Assembly: GCF_009914755.1 (NCBI RefSeq)
Contig: NC_060932.1
DNA length: 64,000 nt
Direction: 5' to 3' (one strand)
Source of the DNA: the human T2T-CHM13v2.0 reference genome, Homo sapiens
Both the position numbers and the translations under genes were made by a program. Positions 29,061 through 40,729 of this stretch are shown here, piece after piece. The stretch's first letter is position 1; each line of letters opens with the position of its first letter. The notes under the pieces were generated by a model that was not told the origin of the DNA, searched no databases, and worked only from the letters and a program-made list of their open reading frames with translations.

Positions 29061-29669
29061 TCACACATACAAATGCTAAGAGGTACAACTCTGGCTTTAT
29101 CTCAAGATAGAGAAGCCAAAAGGGTCGCCCAAACACTTAGATAATAGACTGTGGCCAGGGAATAAAGTGGGTTCTTGATTTGTGTTACGTGGCACTGAGA
29201 GCCAAGAGATCCTTGCTGGGCATCATATTGAGCCATGAGGCCTTGCATTCGCCAGCTGAACAGGCTGTGTACCCAATCAAGCCTCACACCTATGGTAATA
29301 TTCTTCCACCATGAAAGAGTATCTGCTCTCCGCCTGTCTCCCCAGAGCTATGCAAAACCATAAATCCAAAGCCAGATAAATCATCAGAAATGAAGAGAGT
29401 GGAAATAAGACATGAGCAGCAAAAACAATCTAGAAAGAGAAGCATGGCTGCTATAGGCTTCCAGATCAGGCATGGGCAGCCTTGAGCCTCTGGGCAGAAG
29501 CCAGTGTGCCCCACTTAGGAGGCTCCACGTGGGGCTCCTGGGGAGAGAGGTAGGGTCAAAGGCAAGGACAGATGGGGACAAGCTGCTACCCAGCCTCTCT
29601 CTGCCTTCCCAGCACATCTGTTCCCTGTTCCCATCTTCCAGGTGAACCAGGCTGGCCCCCAACTCTGTA

Positions 29670-31160
29670 TAAATAAAATAACAATCCCTATCAAAAGAAA
29701 ACTTGAGTAAAGAGAGTATACCTGTGGGTGGGAAAGCTGAATCTTGTAAAGAAGTCAGTTCTTCACATAACACTTTATAAATTTAGTATAACTCCAATCA
29801 AAATGCCAGGGGAAACTTTTTTCCTTAAAGTTTAACTAAGTGATTCAAATGGTCATCAGTAAAAATCAAGATACAATAATCTCCCAAAAGCGTTATTAAA
29901 ATAAGGGTAATACAAGGAACTTGCTGTGACAAGTATTAAAACTGACTATAACTACAGCAATTAAATGGCATGGAGCTGATGAGAAAATTGATATGTAGTT
30001 CACAGACAAATTCAAGTATGTAAATGAATGACACATATATACAAATTTATTTTTTAAATAGAGGTCATCAGTAAGCACCCAGAAAAAGATTATTTGGGAC
30101 ATTTGGTTAAGTATGTGGTTAATAATTGAAAACAAATAATTTTCATCAAAGTAAACATCAGATGGATTAATTTTATCATTCATAAATCATATGAAATCAT
30201 AAAATAAGTAAAATAGATGTAAGTAAATCATTAATTTGTTCTTGTCAATAATCCTACAGCAAAAAAAAAAAAAAACATTTTTTTCTAAGTCTTTGCCTAT
30301 ATCTTAAATTACTATTTGTAGTAGAAAATACTGTCTAAGCATAAGGGCAAGAAAGAGAAAGAAATTTTTCTACATGTAAAATTAAAGTCTGCGCATGTCA
30401 AAAACCCCATTGTAAACAAAAAGGCAAATTATACACGGGAATAAAATAAAATAAGGATATAATTAAACTATCCTTTTTATGTTATATGGAGAGATCAGAC
30501 TTAGCAACAAAAAAAAATTAAAACAAAGAATATAGATTACTACATAAAAATACAAATGGCCATCAAACATTTTTAATAGTAATATCCAGTGCCATGAGAT
30601 GATCATTCCCAATGATCTCCAATAGGAGTATAAATTGATTATAGCAGCAAACAAAAAAAAAAGTCCACACCCACTCAAATGTTCTGGAAAGTAATTTGAC
30701 AATATGCAAGAAAAGTCTGACTTCTAGAAAGCTATTCTAAATAATCCAGGATATAGACAATGACTCATAAACAATGTTTTTTGCGTAGTACTATTGATAA
30801 CAACAAAAAATTGAAAATAGTTCTGACATCCACTAACTGAGGACTGACTAAATAAAGTACAGTGCATCCACAAGGTAGACTATTCCAGTCATCTTCTATC
30901 AGTGGGATAGGAAAAGGATAAAAATATCATCTTAAATTTTAAAAAATTAGAACATAGGCTGGAATACTATTAAAATTGCACTTAAACATAGAAAAAGACT
31001 GGAAGAAATTTTTTAACATGCTTATAGTGGTTATCTCTGGGCAGTAGACGTAGAGTTATTTTAATTCTTGTCTTTACACCATTCTGTATTTTTCACATGT
31101 TCTATACTAAACACATTTCACTTTTATAATTAGAATTAAAAGCAATCAAGCTTGCTTTAA
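29670..31160 (+). mobile_element. old L1 (L1ME-type) ORF2 end and 3' UTR, heavily decayed
   Basis: A-rich; ataaatttagtataactccaatcaaaatgcc, tctggaaagtaatttgacaata, gtggttatctctgggcagtag, cacttttataattaga. Confidence 0.75.
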
Positions 31161-31249
31161 AAAAGATTAGTCCTCCAGTGTTCCAGGAAAAGAAAAAAGG
31201 GAGAGGTCCACCTCTCTAAAAAATGTTTCTGAAACAGCCCTGGTGCTTC

Positions 31250-31490
31250 CTCCTCCAGCAGTAAACAGAGTAACAGAGGCTTTAACTCGGGCTGACAGCT
31301 GGATTATTTATACTGGTGGCCACACCGCCGCTCGCTCACCTGAGGGGAGCTCCCTGCCGGATCTCCTCCTGCCCTAAATAAATCAGCTCCCACAAACCAA
31401 GCCTCACTGGTTGCACTTATCCATGTAAATTAGCTTGATTTGATATCCATAATTTCTCTCTTCAACGGCTACATTTGCAAGTACACACGC
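31250..31490. promoter_or_regulatory. candidate enhancer
   Basis: FOX GTAAACA 31261, MEIS/E-box TGACAGCTG 31293, PBX-HOX TGATTTAT (minus strand, 31378-31385), several retained CpGs. Confidence 0.4.
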
Positions 31491-31749
31491 ACCTGCTGCC
31501 TCTCCGATGTGGCCGGCACCCACTGAGCCATCACTGTCTCTTTCTAGTCTCACCTCAAACCGTCAGCCAGGCCTGGCTCTCAGGCTCCCACCTATGCCCT
31601 GATCAACACGGCTGCATTGCTGAGTCACTGCTCACACTGTTCTCCTCCCGGAATACCATTCTCCCTCCTGGTAGCCCGTCCACATCCTGCACTTAATGCA
31701 AAGGCCTCCATAGTCCCCCTGCTAAAACCCTGTGAGGACCCTATGCCAG

Positions 31750-32960
31750 TCATTGTGCATGAGACGGAAATGGATAAGCATGAGACACAGCCCATAAGAA
31801 GGTCATCATCAAGTGCTATAGATACACAGATAAAGAGACCATTGAACTCACCTAGAGGAATGCCACGGAGGCAGATGCTAGATGTTAAACGGTCATGGAA
31901 GACTTCCCAGAGGATGTGTTTCCTGACTGAGACGAGAAGGATACGTAGGAATCAGTCAGGAGGAAGCCGTGGGGGAGATTCTAGGATAGGAAACAGACTA
32001 AATGAAGACCCTGACATGTGGACAGCTGATGCAATAGGGACCCCCAAGCTGAAAGTTCTGCACTGAAGGAACAAGAAGCGGGAGGGAGGAAACAAAAGGG
32101 GGAAATGAGCTGGGAAATGCATAGAGAGCACTATGTGCTGTGCCTATGAACTCGACATGGCCCAGGACTTCCATAAAGCTGTCTCTCCCTTCCAAGCCCC
32201 CATGGGTCTGCTCAGGAGCTCTTCCTCAGCAAGCACCCACCTACCTGGGCTGGCTCATTAAAACAGCTCTGGGGTCTGGCAGGATTATCGGATTCACTCC
32301 TGTGTCTGCTGCTCTCACTTGGGACTAGCAGCTCCCTCCCTTCTACACTCTTGATGCCTGGCCTGGGCTCTCACAGAGTCATAGCTACCAGCAGCAGACT
32401 TCTTAATCCAGTCATTTCTCTTCTGGGCCTCCTCCAATCTGCCTTTCCTCCCCACCCTCCTCCAAAACTGTTCTTATCATGTCACCAGTCATCTCCCTGT
32501 TGTTGAATCCAAGGTGCAATTTCCAGTCCTCATTTTACATGACATGTCCACGACATTCAACACAGCACTGACCCTTCTCCCACGTACACTTTCTTCACCA
32601 GCCCTCCAGAACACCACAGTCTTCTCGCTGTTCTCCCATTTTGCTGGTTTGGCTCTCTCAGTCTCCTTTTCCAGTTCTTCTTCATCCAGAACTCTTAACA
32701 TGGCCAAGCCTGGGAGCTCAGTGTTTGGCATCCTCTCTAATACTGTTTTAGTATTGTGTTCATGACAACCTAACTGCTGAACTCCCAATTCATCGATCCA
32801 ATCATCTATATGAAATTTCACTTCGATGTTCAATATTTACCTCGAACTTAACATATCCCAACCTGAATTCCCCACAGCCCCACTCAGACACTGATACTCC
32901 CCATCTTCCTATCTCAGTGGATAGCAACTCTATCCTTCCAGTTGCTCAGGTCAAAGACCT
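31750..32960. mobile_element. L2 fragments (minus ~31750-32020; plus ~32440-32960)
   Basis: ggaagacttcccagaggatg; aacttaacatatcccaacctgaattc...atccttccagttgctcaggtcaaagaccttaga. Confidence 0.75.
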
Positions 32961-33521
32961 TAGAACTATAAAGCTTCTAGAAAAAAATATGTAGAACAGT
33001 TTCAGGATCATGAGTTAAACAAAGATTTCTTCAACAGGATACAAAATCTACTAACCCGAAAGGAAATAAATAATAACATTACAAATAAGAGCTTCTGTCC
33101 ACAAAAAAAATACCATTCAGAAAGTGACAGGCAATCCCAACTGAGAAATTATATTTGTGTTGTATATAATCAAAGGACTTGTGTCCAGAATACACAATGA
33201 AATCCTAAAAATCAACAAAAAAAAGGCAACCCAATTTTTGTTCAATGGAAAAAAGACATGAACAGGCATTTTTATAAAAGTTAACACTTCCAAATGGTCA
33301 ATATACATGAAAATCTGCTCAATCTTTTTTCATCATCAGGGAATCAATAATTAGAACCATAGTGAAACACTGCCAGCAGAATTGCTAAAATACCAGCAGA
33401 ATTGTTGAAATAAAAAGAACAGACAATACCAAATGTTACCAATTATGTATAGCAACTGGAATACTCATACATGTTGGCAGCAGGGTAATTAGGACAAATA
33501 CTGTGAAAAAATGCTTAGCAG

Positions 33522-33717
<196 letters not shown>

Positions 33718-34040
33718 CTAAACATATTTTTTCAACTATGACCTAGCAATTCCATCCTTACACACCCTACATATGTGCAGCAAAACACACATACAAGAAG
33801 AATATTAACAGGATTATTATTTGTAATACCCAAAACCTGGAAACAATCCAAAATGCTCATCAGCATTAAATTGGATAAGAAAGCATTGTACATTCACACA
33901 ATTCAATACTATACAACAATGAAGGAGAATGAATTACCATGACAAGCAACATTATGAATGAATGCCATAATCTCAAGTGAAAGAAGCCAGACACAAAAGA
34001 GTACATACTGTATTATTGCATTTATATCAAATTTAAGAGC

Positions 34041-34207
34041 ATTAGCTGGGCGTGGTGGTGCACCCTTGTAGCCCCAGCTACACAGGAGGCTAAGGAAGGA
34101 GATTCACTTGAGCTCAGGAGTTTAAGGCTGCAGTGAGCCATGATCTCACCACTGCACTCCAGCCTGAGTGACAGAGCAAGACTCTGTCTCTAATAAATAA
34201 ATAAATA
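34041..34207 (+). mobile_element. FRAM / AluJ right monomer
   Basis: attagctgggcgtggtggtgc...gactctgtctc(taaa)n; TSD tttaa(g/a)agca. Confidence 0.88.
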
Positions 34208-34473
34208 AGGTTTAAAAGCAGACAAAACTAATCTATGGTTTTATAATTCAGATTGATGACAATCTTTGGGAAGAGGCACCAGGGGACTTCCAGAGAGCTG
34301 GCAGTGTTTCAATTTCTTGATCTGGGTGATGGTTACATGAATGTATTACTTTTGTGAAAGTTTATCATCTCCGAGCTCCTTAGAGGTAAAGCCTGAGATG
34401 GAGGTCCTTGTGGAATAGCTTATTGAGGGGATATGCTCAGGAGAAGTGGGGTGAGGAAAGTAGGCAGGCCAGG

Positions 34474-36918
34474 TATGTTAGGCCATTCTTGCACTGCTAT
34501 TAAAAAAAATCTGAGACTGGTAATTTATAAGAAAAGAGGTTTAATTGGCTCATGGCTCTACAGGCTGTATGGGAGGCATAGCAGCATCTGCTTCTGGGAA
34601 GGCCTTGGGAAGCTTCCAATTATCGCAGAAGGCAAAGAGGGAGCAGGTGCATCACATGGTGAGAATGGGAACAAGAGGTGAGGGAGGGGAAGTACCAAAC
34701 ACTTTAAATGACCAGATCTCACAAGAACTCAGAGCAAGAGCTCACTTATCACTAAGGGGATGGCCCAAGCCATTCACAAGTGATGCACCCTCATGATCCA
34801 AACACCTCCAACATTGGGAATTGCAATTCAACACGAGGTTTGAGTGGGACATTCACACTATATTACTGCACCCCTGGCCCCCCCAAATACAAATGTCCTT
34901 CTCATATTACAATAATACAATTATGCCTTCCTAACAGTCCCCCAAAGTCTTAACTCATTCCAGCATTAACTCAAAAGTTCAAAGTCTCATCTGAGACAAG
35001 GTAAGCCTTTCCACCTATGAGCCTGTAATATCAAAAACAAGTTACTTACTTCCAAGCTACAATGGGAGTATAGGCATTGGGTAAACATTCCCATCTCAAA
35101 AGGAAGAAATTGGCCAAAAGAAAGGGGTTACCAGCCCTATGCAAGTTCAAAACCCAGGACAGCAGTCATTAAATCTTAAAGCTCCAAAATAATCTCCTTT
35201 AACTCCATGTTTCACATCTCAGGCACACTGGTGCAAGAAGGGGGCTTCCAAGGTCTTGGACAGCTCCACCTCTGTGACTTTGTAGGGTTCAGCCACCATC
35301 GCTTCCCTTACTGACTGGAGTTGAGTGCTTGCAGTTTTTCCAGGTGCAGGGTGCAAGCTGCTAGTGAATCCACCATTCTCAGGTCTGGAGAAAGTGGCCC
35401 CCTTCTCACAGCTCCACTAGGCAGTGCCCTATTGGGGACTCTGTGTGGAGGCTCCAACCCCACATTTCCCCTTTGCATTGCCCTGGTAGAGGTTCTCTGT
35501 GAAGGTTTCGCCTCTGTAGCAGGCTTCTGCCTGGGCACCCAGGCTGTCTCATGCATCCTCTGAAATCTAGGTGGAAGCTCCCAAGCCTCTTTCATTCTTG
35601 CATTTGTGCACCTACAGACTTAACACCACAACAAAGCTGTCAAGGCTCATGGCTTATACCCTCTGAAGCAATGTCCCAAGCTGTATCTGGGGCCCTGTGG
35701 CTGAAGCCAGAGTGGCCAGGATGCAGGGAGTGCTGTACTGAGGCTCCTCAGGGCAGCAGTGCCCCGGGCCTGGCCCAAAAAAACTAATCTCCCCTCCTAG
35801 GCCTCTGGCCCTGTGATGGGAGGGCCTGCCAGGAAGGTCTCTGAAATGGCTTCAAGGCTTTTCCCCCACTGTCTTGGATATTAGCACTTGGCTCTCTTTT
35901 AGTTATGCAAATATCTCTAGCAAGTGGTTGCTCCACAGCCTGCTTGAATTCCTCTCCTGAAAAAGCTTTTTTTTTCTCTCTCTCTGCCACATGGCCAGGC
36001 TGCAAATTTTCCAAACTTTTATGCTCTGCTTCCATTTTAAATATAAGTTTCCAATTTAACTCATTCCTTTGCTCTCACATTGAGCATAGATTGTTAGAAG
36101 CAGCCAGGTCACCTCTTGAACACTTTGCTGCTTAGAAGTGTCTTCCACCAGATACCCTAAATCATCACTATGAAGTTCAAACTTCCACAGATTTCTAGGG
36201 CATGGACAAAATCCAGCCAAGCTCATTGGTAAGGCATAACACATGTGACCTTTGCTCTAGTTCCCAATAAGTTCTTCATTTCTGTCTGAGACCTCATCAG
36301 CCTGGACTTCACTGTCCATATCACTGTCAGTATTTTGGTCACAACCATTTAACCAGTTTCTAATAAGTTCCAAACTTTCTCTCATTTTCCTGTCTCCTTC
36401 GGAACCTTCCAAACTCTTCCAACCTCTGCCTATTACCCAGCTCCAGAGTGACTTCCACATTTTCAGGTATCTTTATAGCAATTCTCCACTCCTCAGTACC
36501 AATTTTCTATGTTAAGCCATTCTTGGACTGCTATGAAGAAATACCTGAGACTGGGTAATTTATAAGAAAGGAGATTTAATTTTCTCATGGTTCTGCAGGA
36601 TATATAGGAAACATAGTGCTTCTGGGGAGGCCTCAGGAAGCTTCCAATCATGGTAGAGGGCAATGAGAGCACAGGCACATCACATAGCCAGAACAGGAGC
36701 TAGAGAGAAAGTCAGGTGGCAGGACTGGTGTCATGCACCTTTAAATGACCAGATCTCGCAAGAACTCAGAGCGAGAGCTCACTTATCACCAAGGGGATAG
36801 CCCAAGCTATCGTTAGGGATCTGCCCTCATTATCTAAACAACTCCCACGAGTCCTCACCTCCAATATGGGGGATTACAACTCAACATAAGATTTGGGTGG
36901 GGCATCCAAACCATATCA
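34474..36918 (-). mobile_element. complete MSTA-like MaLR provirus (LTR 34474-34865, internal 34866-36507, LTR 36508-36918)
   Basis: two direct LTR copies both starting tatgtta(g/a)gccattcttg; MST/THE1-type internal sequence between them; 5-bp TSD ccagg/ccaga; inserted in an older MLT1-like fragment. Confidence 0.92.
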
Positions 36919-37019
36919 CCAGAAGAGAGCCTAGCAGGGATGTGGTCTTGCATAGAGATGGCACAGTTCCTTCTGTGGGTGCATATTTCAACCCAAAGTT
37001 TACTGGGGATAAAGGGGAG

Positions 37020-38195
37020 CCTTGGAGCCCATCTGAAATTCTCTCTTTCTCTCACACCACACACTCCACCAGCAAAACCTATCAACACCACCTTCAAAAT
37101 ACATCCAGAATCTGACCACTTCCACTGCTACACACAGGACTTCTGTCACCTGGCTCACTGTCTTAACTTCCTAACTGATCTCCCAGATTACATATTTGCC
37201 CCCTGTAGTCTAGTCCCAATACAACAGGCAAAAGGATCCCTTGAAATCATTATTCAGATCATACCACTGCTCAGCTCAGAATCCTCCAGTGACTCCATAT
37301 TTCACTCAGAAAAAGGACACAAGTCTTTACAATGACCTGGAAGACCCTAGCACACGATCTTGCCCCCATCACATCTCCAACCTCATCTCTCCACTCACTC
37401 CCACAGCCACACGACCTTACTGCTATTTCTGCAACACACCAATTCACTCCCGTTTTGCATCTCGTCCCCTGGATGTTTCTCTGCCTAAAAAGATCTCTCT
37501 CCAGAGATTCATAGACGAAAGCCCTCACTTCTTCCTTGAAATATTTACTCAGATATCTTCTCGGTGAGCCCCAGCTACCATATTTTAAATTGTTCCCTCC
37601 CACCCACTGTTGTACATGTCTCCGGTTCACCTGACCCCACTGCGTTTTTTTCTGCAGCACCTATTTTCTTCTAGTATACTAGATGATGTGCCTATTAAAC
37701 ATGTATTGATTATTGGTCATCTCCCTCCACCCCAAAACACACATATTCACTCATTTATTTCATTGCTGCTGGTTCCAAATGGCACCCATTCAATACTCCA
37801 GGGATAAATGAATGGGTCACTCTGTTTTGCTCCTCAGTTTTTGGAGATATGGGAGAAGGATGGTGGATTCCATGACAGAAAGGCTGTGATGCCCCACAGT
37901 ATGGGCAGTAATCCTGATGTGTGGATAGGATTACTAGAAAAAGGAAACTTTTAGAAATTTTTGCAGGTGTTAGGTGCAGCCTATCTTCCCCTAGTTCCTC
38001 AAGAGAACCTTCAGTCAAGAGCTATTTTTTCAATCTCTGGGTTTTTTGGTGTTAGGTATGTGATGTTTGTTGCCTAGAATGAATTGCAAAAAGCATTAGT
38101 CTACTTTGTGGTTTTATGTCCCTGACACCTAGAGCCCTGTGGAGTTCTTCTGGCACCTAGTAGACCTAACTCAGTATTTGCTGAATTAATGAGCT
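37020..38195 (+). mobile_element. L2 (L2a-like) 3' region interrupted at ~37731-38073
   Basis: ccttcaaaatacatccagaatctgaccactt...catctccctccac | ctagaat...tggcacctagtagacctaactcagtatttgctgaattaatga. Confidence 0.8.
37763..38071 (-). repeat. inverted duplication, copy A (of 40090-40398)
   Basis: reverse complement aligns to 40090-40398 at ~89% identity (about 34 differences in 309 bp, manual count). Confidence 0.95.
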
Positions 38196-39019
38196 GCCCC
38201 TTCATACTGCTCTTGGCTCAATGTCAGAATCTGGACCTCCCACACTCCTCTTCTGGCAAGGACCTTCTATCCCCAACATCTCACTCTATGGGACACATGT
38301 TGCATCTGCCACTCAACTGGGCAGTTTCCCTGTCCTAAATAGTACTGTCACTGCATTGATTCATCGTAGATCACCGCTTAGGCTCGAGGCTCTAAGTGAG
38401 CAAAGAGCATGTCTTCTGCATCTCCCATTCCCTGCAGGCTCTAGCACAGTGCTGGGCTGGAACAGAAGCTCAATAAGTACTGTGGGAAGAATGAACAAAT
38501 GTCATTTACATTGAATTTAGAAGGTAGCCTCAGCAGCAACTTTAAAGGCACTAATGAAAGTATATCATACTCACCCCCAAAGTGAATCCAGGGGACTTCA
38601 AAAAAATTTCCCCTTTGACTAGCAAGCAGGTTATAGGTGGGAAGTAATGGTCATAAACTGCCTGCAGTTCATTCTGGTTTTAAAAGTTCATTTGGTGCTC
38701 ACACATTGCTGGCTAGAGATAATCAATGGCCAGGAGCAGAGGGGAGAGGTCAGCACCCAACTCTCAGGGCGAACAGAAATGGCGTCCCCCTGGCCATGAT
38801 GGATGGCAGCAACCTTCAGTTTCTAATTGCTCCCAAAGAATTCATGTATGACTCCAACCCCAAATCACACACATGGGGAGAGGAAGGACAGAGCCAAGGC
38901 AAGAGGCTCGGTCAGCAAAATTGGAATTGCTTGAGAAATGGAGGAGAAAGAATCCCCCATCTTAGCCTGCCCTATAAACGCCTAAGTGATGTATTTCCTT
39001 CCCCCGTTGACTTTTTTTA

Positions 39020-39310
39020 AGTATCTCTCTCATAAGTCATTAATAACTAATTTCACAATTGCTGCATCATGTGACAGTCATAAAATATTGCCTGCACTTT
39101 TCCCAGAAAATTTCAGTATTGAGCCAATAATTGAATCCAAATTATCTATTAAGTTAATTCTTTAGTAGACAATATTTTACACTTGAAGTCATTTTTCACC
39201 AGTACTCTGGAATGAAGTAATTGTGGAATTAGTGATGACTTTTCCCCCTCCTGAACAAGTAAAAATAAAATTGCTGGGTTCAGCCTGGAGGGTGTCAAGC
39301 TGTTATGAAT
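39020..39310. promoter_or_regulatory. candidate enhancer inside the inverted-repeat spacer
   Basis: TGACAG overlapping GTCATAAAA at 39072-39085; many TAAT/ATTA cores; no repeat recognised. Confidence 0.35.
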
Positions 39311-39599
39311 TCTTTTCTTCTCTATTTTTCCTCTTGCTAGTTAGAACTAGCTCCCTGTCCTCAGAAATCACCCAGCTGACAGCTGAACACTGCTTCTGTA
39401 TGGTCAGTGTCATACCCGCAACTGTCCTGGACCAGCTCATTTGCAGAGTCATGTGTTACCCTCTCTGGCCAGGGTCTGGCTTTTAAGAAAACTTTGTACT
39501 TTTTGTGCAGACAGGTGCAGAGTTCACTTGGGAAGTCCAGCCAACCCACACTTCTCTTTTCTGAGAGCCAGTCCTACCTACAGACATGGTCCCCTAATA

Positions 39600-40560
39600 G
39601 CTATGTTTGTTCCTGGGACCCTGTCTCCACCCTTCCTCAATGCCCTATTTCTGGCCAGAAACCAATTAGACCTGGATGGACACCTGACCCAGGCTGGGGA
39701 AATCAGAGATTGTCTTACAAGATTTTGAACTTGAGTGTAAGAGGCACCAGCCAGTCTCTGTTTCTCCTTTGAATTAAGGATGTAAAATTTTCATGCACTT
39801 TGCACAGGATAATTGTTTCATCAACCTCAAATTTTCATAGATCCAGAGGAGTTGAATTGAGGGGAGAGCGAGAGCAAGAGGGAGAAGGAAATGAAACAGA
39901 GAACAGGAACACGAGAGCAAGGCCAGTCAATGGATGAGAAGAACTGAGCACCCAGAGGAGGAGGCACAGAAAGTGGGGCATGAAGCCTACTTCTGATTTG
40001 GGACTGTGAGATCCTGTCTTCTTATGTGACCTGAATAAAGTGTGGCATTGTGTTTCTTCCTTTATTATAAGAACACATTGGAAGAAAAAAACAGACGTCA
40101 CATAGCTAACACTAAAAAGTCTAGAGATTTAAAAAATAGCTCTTGACTGAAGATCCTCTTGAGGAACTAGGGGAGGAGAGGCTGCACCTAATACCTGCAA
40201 AAATTTATAAAATTTTCCTCTTCCTAGTAATCCTATCCACACATGAGGATTACTGTCCACACTATGGAGGGCCACAGCCTTTCTCTCATGGAATCCACCA
40301 TCCTTCTCCCTATACCTCCAAAAACTGAGGAGCAAAACAGAGTGACCCATTCATTTGTCCCTGGAGTACTGAGTGGTGCCATTTGGAACCACCGGCAAGA
40401 TAAGCAGGTTCCTGCTCATCAGTGAGGTACCAGCAAGACTCCTTACAGCCTAAGAAGACATCATTAAATACTTTTGGCCTTGTCATATCTACCGTCAAGT
40501 TCCCACTTTTCACAGAATTGATTTAAGTGAGTTTCTATTATAATCAACCAAAAAGACCTT
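39600..40560 (+). mobile_element. old MLT1/ERVL-like LTR remnants surrounding copy B
   Basis: ggatggacacctgacccaggctggggaaatcagag; gagtttctattataatcaaccaaaaagacc LTR-like end. Confidence 0.45.
40090..40398 (+). repeat. inverted duplication, copy B (of 37763-38071)
   Basis: aaaaaatagctcttgactgaag...gaggaactagggga...catggaatccaccatccttctccc...gcaaaacagagtgacccattcattt...tgccatttggaacca is shared with copy A. Confidence 0.95.
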
Positions 40561-40729
40561 GCTCCAGAGAAAATTCCTAGAGCCTGCTATGCCTCAGTCT
40601 TTGACCCTACTTGATGGAAAACAGCAGAGGAGGAAGAGCGTGAGATGTGAGGCCAGACAGACCCCGATGTGCATGTGGTTTCTTCTTAAAAAATAAAAAC
40701 AGTGAAGCTCACGTTTCTCCATTCAGTGG

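Noticed and set aside
37755-40350. Two near-identical peptides (MTEGSLEELG... and MTEDPLEELG...) as a possible small gene family
   Set aside because: The similarity follows from the DNA inverted duplication; both use TTG starts, are frameshifted relative to each other and show no recognisable homology
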